A DNA stretch of 64,000 nt from assembly GCA_038064575.1 (NCBI GenBank), contig JBBTST010000008.1, forward strand, positions 2,458 to 66,457, written 5' to 3'. Below, one piece after another: positions 20,212-30,012 of the stretch. The position numbers were made by a program, and so were the translations under genes. The DNA comes from Patescibacteria group bacterium. Lineage in GTDB: Bacteria; Patescibacteriota; WWE3; UBA101185; 2-01-FULL-41-18. The number at the start of each line of letters is the position of its first letter. The first letter of the stretch is position 1. Under the pieces are notes generated by a model, which worked only from the letters and a program-made list of their open reading frames with translations, searched no databases and was not told where the DNA came from.

Positions 20212-20565
20212 TTAGCTAAAACCACGACCCTTTCTGATCGCCTCGCCTTTTCCCCAAGGTGATTTATCATCTCCCATATCTACAGGAGATACCGACGCTA
20301 GCCCTACAACAAGCGGCGGTCTGTCTGAGGGCTTTTCAGGTTCAAAGACAACCTCTGCTATCCAGTAACCGGCAACCGGATAGGCATATCTATTGAGAGT
20401 ATCTTTCCCCTCTACAAACCTGACCTGCCTGAATTCATCATAAGAGGCAAGTACGCCCTCGCCATATTCACTGGCAAACCATGTCGGCCTGATTCGATTA
20501 TCTGGCACACCATAGCTGCCAGTAGTAGTGCTGACTACTATTATGTCTCCAACAGCCATCTTCAA
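20212..20565 (-). CDS. Hypothetical protein
   Basis: 117-aa ORF preceded by AAGGAG-like SD and repeat copy 3. Confidence 0.4.
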   Translation of the reverse strand: MKMAVGDIIVVSTTTGSYGVPDNRIRPTWFASEYGEGVLASYDEFRQVRFVEGKDTLNRYAYPVAGYWIAEVVFEPEKPSDRPPLVVGLASVSPVDMGDDKSPWGKGEAIRKGRGFS

Positions 20566-20618
20566 TCTCCTTTCTGGTTAATCAACCAGACCATCAATCT
20601 CACCCACAAGCTCCTTAG

Positions 20619-20685
20619 CTTGTGAACGGATTTCTGGAATCCACCAAGCGCTAACCTTCCAATAACAAGTGAATCCCAAAAATCC
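20619..20685. repeat. Copy 3 of the ~55-nt intergenic repeat family (with a 12-nt insertion)
   Basis: CTTGTGAACGGATTTCTGGAATCCACC...GTGAATCCCAAAAATCC, preceded by hairpin CACAAGCT-CCTT-AGCTTGTG. Confidence 0.6.
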
Positions 20686-20996
20686 TGGCGCATGAACGAT
20701 GTTTTACACATTCATTTCATGGCCGCCTCAAGTTTTCAAAAGAAAAATTGAGGGAGGATTTTAGTTAGTCTCGCCTAGTGTTTCTCTATCCTCTTACGAG
20801 TGTCACTAGACGCTGTTGGCTATCTCAAAGGTTTCTATTAAAGACCCCAATGAGTTTTCGAATCCAACAGTTTGCCGCATGCGGTATTTCGAAAGACCGC
20901 GGGTGGTTTGGTTTTAACCTTTCCTGGATCGATCCACCATTTCCAGAACCAAAACTTATCGCCTCCTTGTTAAGGGTCGGGCGCCTTGGCCGGGTA

Positions 20997-21545
20997 TTAG
21001 TGAGGCCAGCAGGGGCTGTGCTGGGATTCAGACCAATCGTCCCCATAACGAACCCAGTATGGGTCCAAGCAAGAACTTCCCTGCCTCACAACTGCGGGGT
21101 GTGCGAGTGCCCACATCCCTGTGCAGAACTGCTCAGCTGCAGCTTTGGCTCCCTCAAGTGTGAGGAAGCCTAGAACTTCTGGCTCGTAATTTCTTACCAG
21201 AAAACCCCCTCCCCCACAGATAAAACCGGGGAGGAATTGCGGGCCTTTGAGAACTAAATCGAGGGTTTTCATAACTGCTCCCGGAACAAAGTCCTCTTCA
21301 AGCCAGAGAAGTTTACAAGTACCATAACGATGACTCTCAGTCACCTCAACAATGGCAACAGGAACTCCACTCTGGAGGAGCACATAGTACTCCCAATTAT
21401 ATGGTGCTGTGCAATTAGTCCACACAAACACCAATTCCCCCTCTTTCGGAACGAGTGAGGAAGGGAGATAATGGGCGTTCCCCTCTTCTACCTCCAAGCC
21501 AAATAGTTCTTGGCTTGGGTTGTTAAGCCCCAAAAACTTTCTCAT
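20997..21545 (-). CDS. Hypothetical protein
   Basis: 182-aa ORF with no recognisable motif. Confidence 0.35.
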   Translation of the reverse strand: MRKFLGLNNPSQELFGLEVEEGNAHYLPSSLVPKEGELVFVWTNCTAPYNWEYYVLLQSGVPVAIVEVTESHRYGTCKLLWLEEDFVPGAVMKTLDLVLKGPQFLPGFICGGGGFLVRNYEPEVLGFLTLEGAKAAAEQFCTGMWALAHPAVVRQGSSCLDPYWVRYGDDWSESQHSPCWPH

Positions 21546-22198
21546 TTTCCTTTATCCTTTTTTTGCCCTCCGGCTCATGACTTAAATTTCTAAGCCAAGT
21601 CCTTAATGGGCGGGTTAGTTGAAAATGAATTTTTAAAATCCACATTTTTACAATTGTTCCACAGTCACAATTGTGTAAATTATAAAAACCCATGCCCAAT
21701 CAAAAGCGTAAGAATACATGACAAGATTTCTAAGCTCAAAGCAAAGAAAAACAAGTCAGGATTACACCTTCTTCCAATTGGGCCGCGTCTTATCTTAAAT
21801 TCTCTACACCGGACAAAAGAAAATAAGATAAGAAAAGTTGATAGCCTTAGCAGACGAGCTATCTTGGGGATTCCGCTTACTTGGGGTTCACCGTGTTTTT
21901 GGTCTATCTCAAGGATAGCTCCACATCACGTTTCTAGTCCCTTTCTCTCGGATTACACCACGTCCTCCTTTAAGCAAGGTCAGAGGAGCACACTGGTTTT
22001 CAGCTCTCAGACAACCGCAAGCTCAAATTTCAAAACTGTAGTCGCCTTTGATCCTACTTCCAGATCACCCAACCGTTATCCGTTGGGGTTTGCCAAGTCT
22101 TTTTCTTAACTTCCTTTCAATCGGCTTTGGACTTTGCATTTAAGCAAAACCCTGGCCAACTAGGAAGAAGTGCTTGGAGTACTTTTTTGCGGATTGAG

Positions 22199-22864
22199 CT
22201 ATAAACCCTCTACGATCTGTTTAGGGTCGTAAGGATAATCCCCAACCCAGCTACGAGGAATTTTATAGTAGCCATAGTGCTCTCCTCTTGCCGAAAGCAG
22301 AGAACTCATTTCCTTAGCTAATTCCTCATTTCGGAATTTCTCCATCAAGCTAACACAGAATTTCTTGATGGCTTCCACGGACAGGCCGGCTGTCAAACCG
22401 CTTACTATAGCGGTTGTGACCGGGTATTCGGACTGATACCACATAGTCCCATAAATACCCCCGCAGTTTGCCTTGAGCCCATTAGAGTCATGAGCCCATT
22501 CATTTAAGGCTCTGACCTTATCCACACACTGTTTTGCCTCAGCGTATGGGATCTTTGTCCATATGGCAGTGTAATATGCACTGCCACCGGAGAAACCGGA
22601 CTGAAATTCAATGTCCGGCTTTCCTAGTGCCCCTGTACTGTACCAACCATACTGCCGTTGGGCACCTTCAACAGCATAGTATGGACCGGTAACCTTGCGC
22701 AAAAACTGCGCTTTGCCGGATTTAGATTGACCTACGATTTTTACTTGGTAGGTCTCCCCAACTTTTGGCGCCCATCCCCTTTCAGGAAAGGACACCTTTC
22801 CCTCAATTCGGGCAATGACTCCGTCATGGCCCTTAAAGAAGGTGGCAAAGATCATTTCTGCCAT
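22199..22864 (-). CDS. Hypothetical protein
   Basis: ORF 22199..22921. The probable start is Met20 (MAEMIFATFF). No recognisable motif. Confidence 0.4.
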   Translation of the reverse strand: MAEMIFATFFKGHDGVIARIEGKVSFPERGWAPKVGETYQVKIVGQSKSGKAQFLRKVTGPYYAVEGAQRQYGWYSTGALGKPDIEFQSGFSGGSAYYTAIWTKIPYAEAKQCVDKVRALNEWAHDSNGLKANCGGIYGTMWYQSEYPVTTAIVSGLTAGLSVEAIKKFCVSLMEKFRNEELAKEMSSLLSARGEHYGYYKIPRSWVGDYPYDPKQIVEGL

Positions 22865-23905
22865 TTTCCTTTTCTCCTTTTCTTTTTTTGAATAATTCTC
22901 AAACCTCAAGTTCAAAACCACTCTTGAAGTCTGGGAATCAGAGTCGAAAATACAACAGTGTGCACTTTCGACTCTTTAACGAACGCAATTCAGTTATGTG
23001 AGGAGGACATAACCAAAGGAGCGCTCGGAACTTTTTGAAACTTCAGGTAAGCTTGCCACCACGGCCCTGCAGCAGCGCTTCTTAGGGCTTCTTGTTAATT
23101 TTTTCGTTTCATCCGGGCGATTGATGTTACATATGGCTTTACCCCCGGAGCTTACGCTTTGCACACCTGAAGTTCTAGTTTAGATAAAGGGTATCCTTGA
23201 ATCCCCTAGAGTTTCCTTACAGCCGTGTACTCGAACTCGAATGTACAGGGCTGCAAGCCTCCCGATTCATCAAGACAGGGAGAGTTGGGACACAGCAGTT
23301 TTTTGGGCAATCTTTGCAGGGATTACTTAAACTCCGCTGTGCGGACTCATGATTTCCCGTTTGGCCCCGTGCTTCTTCTTTATCCCAAATACACCGGTCA
23401 CCCGAACGTAGCAGAATAAAGATGCATCACACAGGACGGGAAATCTGCCATTTCTGCCTCTCCTTTTCCCCTTTACCTTTGATTACCTCTACCAACGACT
23501 TGTGAGCAGTAAAGACAATTAAAGATAAAGGGGAACATTTTTTGCGTTTTCGTAAAATTCTAAAATCTAACAGCAAATCTGTTGAATTCCAGAATTTTAC
23601 CTCCTAGCATCACATATAGTGAAAGTAAGAAATTTTCACGACTTCTGAAAATCTCCCACTGCTAAGAGGCGACATATAGCCCAATAAAACATCCGATGGT
23701 CCCTTCCCTTCTCTCTCCACTTAAGGCTGCACGCTTCCTTCTCCAATCTCATGATTAGGAGCTAGTACGCTATGGCAATAAGTTTCATTGAAAGAGGGTA
23801 CTATACCATCATTTTTTTCAGTCTTATTTTGCTATAACCCCTTCAGCAACTCGCTGATTATGTTGACAGGCTGAGGATACAGCCCCGAGTCTTAGTCAGT
23901 GTCGG

Positions 23906-24250
23906 CTAGGCCTCGACCTCCCACAACCCAAAGGCAAAGGTCGCCTTTGAGATCTCTTCGTCCGTAAATTCGCGAGTCTCCCGAGGGAGTCCGCGGACGG
24001 ACATAACGATGACCTTGTCCTCTACCCCTAAGGAAACCTTGGGGGCAACTTCGGGAACGGACACCTCAATCCCATGCTTCACCCTCAACGCAGCCAACGT
24101 ATTGGCATGCGATGGGTTGCAGCACGAAACGGCCGTGGGGGCCATGGATTTAACTTCCTCCACCGTCAACTGGCGGCGGGAGAAGCTACCAGACTGCGGA
24201 AACATTGAGTCCGCAATCGCCAAACCAATGTAAATCATTTCTTCCTCCAC
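23906..24250 (-). CDS. Hypothetical small alpha/beta protein
   Basis: 114-aa ORF with no motif I recognise. Confidence 0.3.
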   Translation of the reverse strand: MEEEMIYIGLAIADSMFPQSGSFSRRQLTVEEVKSMAPTAVSCCNPSHANTLAALRVKHGIEVSVPEVAPKVSLGVEDKVIVMSVRGLPRETREFTDEEISKATFAFGLWEVEA

Positions 24251-24488
24251 CCAGGTTAGGTTTTAGGCTTGAGAGCCAGAACCTGGGCAATGCCCTTACG
24301 AGCTTTGCAGAGGACTTCGATTTCGGTGAAGACCGCCTCATTTGAGGAATCAATCGGCAAACATATTCCCGACTCATTTCTCAAATAGGCATCTTCCTCA
24401 CTTCAATTAACACGGTTTATCCAAACTCACTTAAATGAACTTAGATAAACCGTTTGCCTTCAAGATTTCTCTCAGGCAAGCGGTCCCT

Positions 24489-24827
24489 TTACTTTTTCTT
24501 CCTCCTATAGTATCCACCCAGCTTACTCCTCAAGAAGTTTTTCTCTCCATCGGAGGCTCTCGGGTAGAAAAATCTGCCAATCCACCATCCGGCACAAAAT
24601 GCAACTAATAAGTGCCAGTGGCTCCAGCTTACAAAAAAAAGCCAGGCGGACAGACCTGTCGTGGTAACACCAAACAAATCCGACATCAAAAACCGGAACA
24701 GATGCCGGAAAAACAACCGATCGTGCCACGACTCCCAAAATCGGTTGCTATACCTCACCTGGATCCACCCAGAATTCAGAGCGTATCCAAAGAGGACGAA
24801 AACGCCGATGGAAATCAACGTTTCCAT
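24489..24827 (-). CDS. Hypothetical small membrane protein
   Basis: 112 aa with 3 hydrophobic helices. Confidence 0.3.
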   Translation of the reverse strand: METLISIGVFVLFGYALNSGWIQVRYSNRFWESWHDRLFFRHLFRFLMSDLFGVTTTGLSAWLFFVSWSHWHLLVAFCAGWWIGRFFYPRASDGEKNFLRSKLGGYYRRKKK

Positions 24828-25364
24828 TCTTCCTCCGCCCGGATCTTAATTTTTGGCTCAAAAGCCAGAACCCGAGAGTACCCTTACGAGCCTTAAGCGG
24901 AGAAAACAATCTGCAACAAAACCACCTTGCAAACTGGTTTCCAAGCTTACACCAGAATCAAAAATAACCTGGCCTTTATAACCCCAGAAGTCCTATCTTA
25001 CTTCTAGGGCTATAAAGACCGCCTAACGCAAACTGCCCGCTCACTGATACAGTCAAGGGAGCGTCCACATGAAAACAAATATTGCTCATCTCCGTTAGGC
25101 TTTTGCTAAATCGCACACAAACTGTACTTAGACAGTGATGGATCCAGCAAAGAAAGCAAAATCATATTTTCAACAGCCCTGGTTATTGGAATGGCAGATA
25201 CGAAACTCTCGATGCTTTGTCGAGTTAGCCTGATTTGTTGAAACAAAGTGGTAGTGTCGAACGGTAGTTAGCCGCGCGATTTTCCCTTTTGCCCCAAATC
25301 GTATCTTTTCTTACTTTTTCAGTTTTAATGAACGAAACCCAAAATCTCACCCATAAACCCGTGT

Positions 25365-25417
25365 TTATGAATGTATTTCTGAAATCCACCCTATCCAAAA
25401 GGTGAATCCCAAAAATC
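25365..25417. repeat. Copy 4 of the ~55-nt intergenic repeat family
   Basis: TTATGAATGTATTTCTGAAATCCACC...GGTGAATCCCAAAAATC, preceded by hairpin CATAAAC-CCGT-GTTTATG. Confidence 0.6.
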
Positions 25418-25763
25418 AGCCTCCGAACAAAGCGTTATACTTAGTGTTCAGAGCCAAAGAGAGGGAAAAGTGCATGTTTCAACTTCGCCCACTCCAGCAA
25501 AAAAGGTTTCATTATCCTCAAGCATGCGCTTGATATCGGACCACAATCTCAAAACCTCCTCCCAAAATAGCAAGCTCATGTTGCTTAGTTTGGGATTGAA
25601 AATCAGTCCGTCGCCGATTCGGTTTGTCACCCACTAATTCCTACCCAAGCAGAAAAGCGGATCAAAGGCCTCAACGAAGCTTTTTAGCGTCTGGCCAACC
25701 TGAGACAGTCTTAAACAAAATTCCATCTGTAGAATTCTGCGGTCAACTGACAACCACTAAAAC

Positions 25764-26228
25764 TTAAGCGTCCCGCCCGTCAGGATATTTTTTGCAGACG
25801 GTGCACCAACCTCCTCTCTGAACTTCTCTTACAGAGGAGTGCTTATCGTCCAGTCCGTCATACCAAGTGTCAACTTCAGTGCGGACACGACGAACTTGTA
25901 TGTGAGTCGTCATCGCCAAGCAGTTCTTGCAGAAGAACTCCTCGGTGTTATTGCCCCACATACCTTTTGACTTGGGAAACGAAGCTTCAACGATTTCGTC
26001 TCCGGAGTCATTTAGGTAGACGATAATCGTATCGCCTTCCCTTGGGTTCCTCTTGCCAGCTGTTCTCCAGTCAAACGACTGGGGATGTAGCGGGAGGCTC
26101 AGAGGTCCCTCTTCAATCCGTACCAGCCAACCTTCCAAGTCGGCCCCGTCAGGGTCTGGTAAAACCAGGCCCCAGGTTTTTTTAGCCATTTTTTTCTCCT
26201 TTCTTTGAAGGTTTCGCCTATGAACCAA
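25764..26228 (-). CDS. Hypothetical protein with C-terminal CxxC...CxxC
   Basis: 154-aa ORF (start may be Met14). 'CKNC...CTVCK' is a putative zinc ribbon. Confidence 0.35.
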   Translation of the reverse strand: MVHRRNLQRKEKKMAKKTWGLVLPDPDGADLEGWLVRIEEGPLSLPLHPQSFDWRTAGKRNPREGDTIIVYLNDSGDEIVEASFPKSKGMWGNNTEEFFCKNCLAMTTHIQVRRVRTEVDTWYDGLDDKHSSVREVQRGGWCTVCKKYPDGRDA

Positions 26229-26494
26229 ATGGTAAGTTCACAAGCTAGGGTTGGCAAAAGCCTTTATATCCCGACTTTGCGAGAAACCCTTCCTGTTGGA
26301 AATTGCGGCATTTGGTAAAACTTAGCCAAAACAAATCTCCTTCGGGCACGACCAGACTCAAATCTCCTACGCTGAAAGCGCGGAAAATTAAATCCAAACG
26401 TGTCCGTCTAACACCCTAAAGTATACCGATGTTAGAGTGATCTCACTTTTCACCATAGTTGACAAACATTGCCAAAGTTTGTTAAGATCCCGTC

Positions 26495-26788
26495 ATGATG
26501 CAAACAGTAAACATTTCCCTAACTGAAGAGCAAACAAAGCTCGTTGACGAGATGTCGTCAAAACACGGCTTTGCTAATCGAAGCGAGTTTTTCCGAACCC
26601 TTCTGAGGATCCTCCTTTACAAACCAGAAATCATAAAGGAATCCGATCTTTTGCCTTTTGAATCCCCTGCCGTTAAGAGCTCGGACGCAATCTTAAAAAG
26701 CTTTAAAGATAGCAAAAAATACTCTAAAGGTTTCTTAAAAGACCTTGAAAGAGGGCTTAAAGAAAGCAGCTATTTTGACAAGAAATGA
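26495..26788 (+). CDS. Ribbon-helix-helix antitoxin (ParD/CopG-like)
   Basis: 'ISLTEEQTKLVDEMSSKHGFANRSEFFRTLLR'. Its stop overlaps the next ATG (ATGA). Confidence 0.6.
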   Translation: MMQTVNISLTEEQTKLVDEMSSKHGFANRSEFFRTLLRILLYKPEIIKESDLLPFESPAVKSSDAILKSFKDSKKYSKGFLKDLERGLKESSYFDKK

Positions 26789-27036
26789 AAATTCTTCCAC
26801 TTTCTCCTACCGTCTCAAAATATCTTCAGAGTCATAACTTAATCAAAAAATACAAAAAACAAGTAAAACTTTTAGAAGAAGATATGCACTATCCAAGTCT
26901 AAACGTGGAATTGTTAGAACCTAAAGTGAATAGAATTTATAGCTTTAGACTAGATATTAAGTATAGAACCCTGTTCATTTTCCGAGACGACTTAAACGCG
27001 ATAGAAATCCTGTCAATAACAAAGCATTATCAGTAA
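26785..27036 (+). CDS. RelE/ParE-family toxin
   Basis: 'NRIYSFRLDIKYRTLFIFRDDLNAIEILSITKHY' is the RelE core. Its arrangement is coupled to the upstream antitoxin. Confidence 0.6.
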   Translation: MKILPLSPTVSKYLQSHNLIKKYKKQVKLLEEDMHYPSLNVELLEPKVNRIYSFRLDIKYRTLFIFRDDLNAIEILSITKHYQ

Positions 27037-27825
27037 ATACCCCGGCTTCCTTCGGGTACGGCCGGTTTCAATCTCCACCGGTAGCCAACAACCATTAGCA
27101 TCCCCGCTATAAAGAAGCTGGCCGTGAAATAAGCTGTTTTTAGCACGGCGGGCCTCCTTTCTGTCTAACCAAGTTTGGTTTTCCTCATTTGAGGAACCTG
27201 GAAAGACTTTATCAAAACCTAATACTCCTTTGCGGTAGCAGGCTTGGATAAAGTGGAAATTAAGAACTGCTTTTATTTCCACAGTGGCCACTTTGTGCAC
27301 TTTAAGTTGTGCAAGGATACCAAGCCTTTTATATTTTCGGGGTAATGATTGGCTCATCGGCGCGTCACCGTATCTCTCTTCTCAAGCATCGCACGCTTAA
27401 GAAAGGAACGGGTCTGGCGAACGACTCCCCTCAACCCCTAATCAATGCCTTTCATAAGGCACTGGTCCCGAGCGATACCCTGTGGATCATCGCGTAACTC
27501 ATCAGCTAGTTGCTGACGGCGCTCCCCAGGAAGGGCTTCTCGGCGGATTTCGGCGCGGTAAAAACTAAATCCGTTTCTTCATCCGTCTAAACTCTTTAAG
27601 TTACTAAAGAGCTTAAGACCGATAAAAAAAGGCATTTCTAAGATCACAAATTCTTATGAGCTTAGAAATGGGGGGATATCAGGTTTATGACCTAGTACAT
27701 CCCCCAGTAATAGCAGATTTAATTTCCACCTAAGTTGTTTACGGAGTAATTGTGGAAACACTCCGAGCACATAGAAATTAAGCCCTGCTTAATTCCAGAT
27801 TTTACAGCGCTATTTTTAGAAGGGT

Positions 27826-28617
27826 CTAAGCGTGTTGCTTACTTTGACCCTTCCCCCTCTTAGCTTTCTTACCCGTGGCCTTTTTCTTCTTCCCCATGCC
27901 CTCAATTTTGATGATGGAGAAGGTCGGATCCACCCAGGCGTCACCAGCGGCGGCTCTCGAGGTCAAAGCGGTAGCCCTGGCCAATTCAACGGCCGCGGCA
28001 TTCTCAGCCTTGGCATTGAGAGAGGCTTCGGAAACTTCGGGCTCGTACTTTTCGTGCCCATTACCTTTAACCTCCAACCTCTGACCGCTGCTAAACCGAC
28101 GATCTGATTTCAATACCAGACCAACTACCGCAGCCAGACTTGTCTCGTCCCTATCCGCTTCGATCTTGCGACGGATCGATTGGCGGAGATTGACAACCGC
28201 TTTCTTAGCCTGTCGAGCCAAGGCGATTTTTGCCTTCAAAGACTTCTCACCTTTGGCTTCGACCAGCAGACGCTGGGCGAAGGAGAAGTCCAGGTGCCAA
28301 CCATTGAATTCGACCATGGACTCTTCCATCTCAACCGCGATCTCCGCGATCAAGACGGGGAGTTCTACGCGGTTGGCCAGTTCAACGGCCTCCCACGCAA
28401 GCTTGGTGGCGTGGCCAGTGTTTTGGGCGAGGACGGCTTCGTCAAACTTAATCCCTGCCTCGCCAAGGGCGAAAGCCACATCGGCGTCCAACCTCGCAAC
28501 CGGAGTACAATGTTGAACAATTGATTGGAAAATCCTCCTAGGCAACTCAAAGCCCGCGGGGTCAACCTTACCATTGGAATTATTGTTCGCGTTCATGGTA
28601 TCCTCCTTAGGGTCCAA
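27826..28617 (-). CDS. Hypothetical protein with Lys-rich C-terminal tail
   Basis: 263-aa ORF. The C-terminus 'GMGKKKKATGKKAKRGKGQSKQHA' suggests nucleic-acid binding (inference). Confidence 0.35.
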   Translation of the reverse strand: MDPKEDTMNANNNSNGKVDPAGFELPRRIFQSIVQHCTPVARLDADVAFALGEAGIKFDEAVLAQNTGHATKLAWEAVELANRVELPVLIAEIAVEMEESMVEFNGWHLDFSFAQRLLVEAKGEKSLKAKIALARQAKKAVVNLRQSIRRKIEADRDETSLAAVVGLVLKSDRRFSSGQRLEVKGNGHEKYEPEVSEASLNAKAENAAAVELARATALTSRAAAGDAWVDPTFSIIKIEGMGKKKKATGKKAKRGKGQSKQHA

Positions 28618-30012
28618 CCCTAAGTACTAAAAACATCTTGGCCCTAACATCTCGGCCAAGTTAAAAAGTTCGATTCCATTCTCCTTAAATCTCAGACCGC
28701 TAAGTCCAATCTTTAAGTTTTTCCTCAGCCGTTACCAGCTTTGGAACACACCGACGATGGATCGCCGGGGGCACTCGCCTCTCACCTTCGCCTCCGCGAC
28801 AGCAAAAAAACGCGCTGATCACGAACAAGACAAAAGTGTAAATAAAAGCGATTAAAACTTGGGTCTATGCCTATCTACGGCCTTCACCCAAGAGCCATTT
28901 TGCAAGCAAATCTCCGCGTCGGTCCAAGGTGCAAATCCCCGGATGACGACTTTGCGCTAGTCCTTATCCTCCCGTCTCTATCAGACCTTCAGGGAGTGCT
29001 CAACCACAGGACTAGATCAGAAGTTCATTTTTTGCGCTGGTCGTGGCTTCCCTAAAGGAAGCTCGCAAAAAACTTCTCCCTCAGGGAGCCTAACTTTCCG
29101 CCTATTACAAAACAAAAGCAGAAAGAAAGACCTTCTCCAAATTTCTTTGGAATCGCGGGTTTGTGGTTAACCCAACTTGATTTGATCGCCGGTTCAAGTC
29201 AGACCGTTATAACTTCATCCGTTTAAACTAAGCCTCAATCTTAAGCTCCAACCGATGGACTTATATAATACAGCTTTGAGGAAAGGATCAGCCTTGATAC
29301 TTAATAACAATCAGGAAAGCCTTTCGGCCGTCTGATAATAATCAGCATACAAAACCGCCCTTCCCTCTGGCTGTATAAAATCAAATTTCAATATATAGTC
29401 ATATTTAATTGTCAAAGTTCTTTTTGAGCTTTTTGGCAAAATCAAAAAAAGAAACCGCCAAGGCCCAAAACAAATCTCTTCCAATCCTCTGGTTTAAATT
29501 CACAAACTGGCATCTTAGCAAAAATACGCAATTGAATGCGCTGTGTAATAGTGTTTGTAAACTTAAATAAGGGGAATAGAAAAGTCGCAGCGGGTTTGCC
29601 TTTGCGATCATCTCTCCTCCTCTTTTGTTGGGGCAACTCTGCCCCACTCCGGGTAACAAAAAAGCCAGGATCTAATGAGATTCCCTAAACTTAACCGCCG
29701 ACCAAAAGCTCGATTTATAAAAAGCTTGAGAGCTTTGTGCGAAAGTAAAGAAATTTCGTTAGATCCTGGCCTTCTTAGAACTTCTATGAATTTCAGGTTT
29801 ACTAAAGACGCTGATTTGACAATCTTTAGATAGGCTCAAGATCATCTGCGTGAACAAAAGTATAGTACTATAGGATTGAACTCTTGTCAAGGGTTGCAGC
29901 GTAAAGATAGGTTCCAAAGTAATCTGCCACCAAGTCAGCACAAGCACAGCCTATCACATATTCTACATATATACTAAATATCTTTACTTAACTACATAAA
30001 TATGATATAAAT

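Noticed and set aside
23906-24250. Assigning the 114-aa protein to the DUF1874 (STIV B116-like) family.
   Set aside because: The resemblance is from memory of the family's general features (small alpha/beta protein with a conserved NPSHA-like segment). I cannot reproduce a motif match confidently, so it is left as hypothetical.
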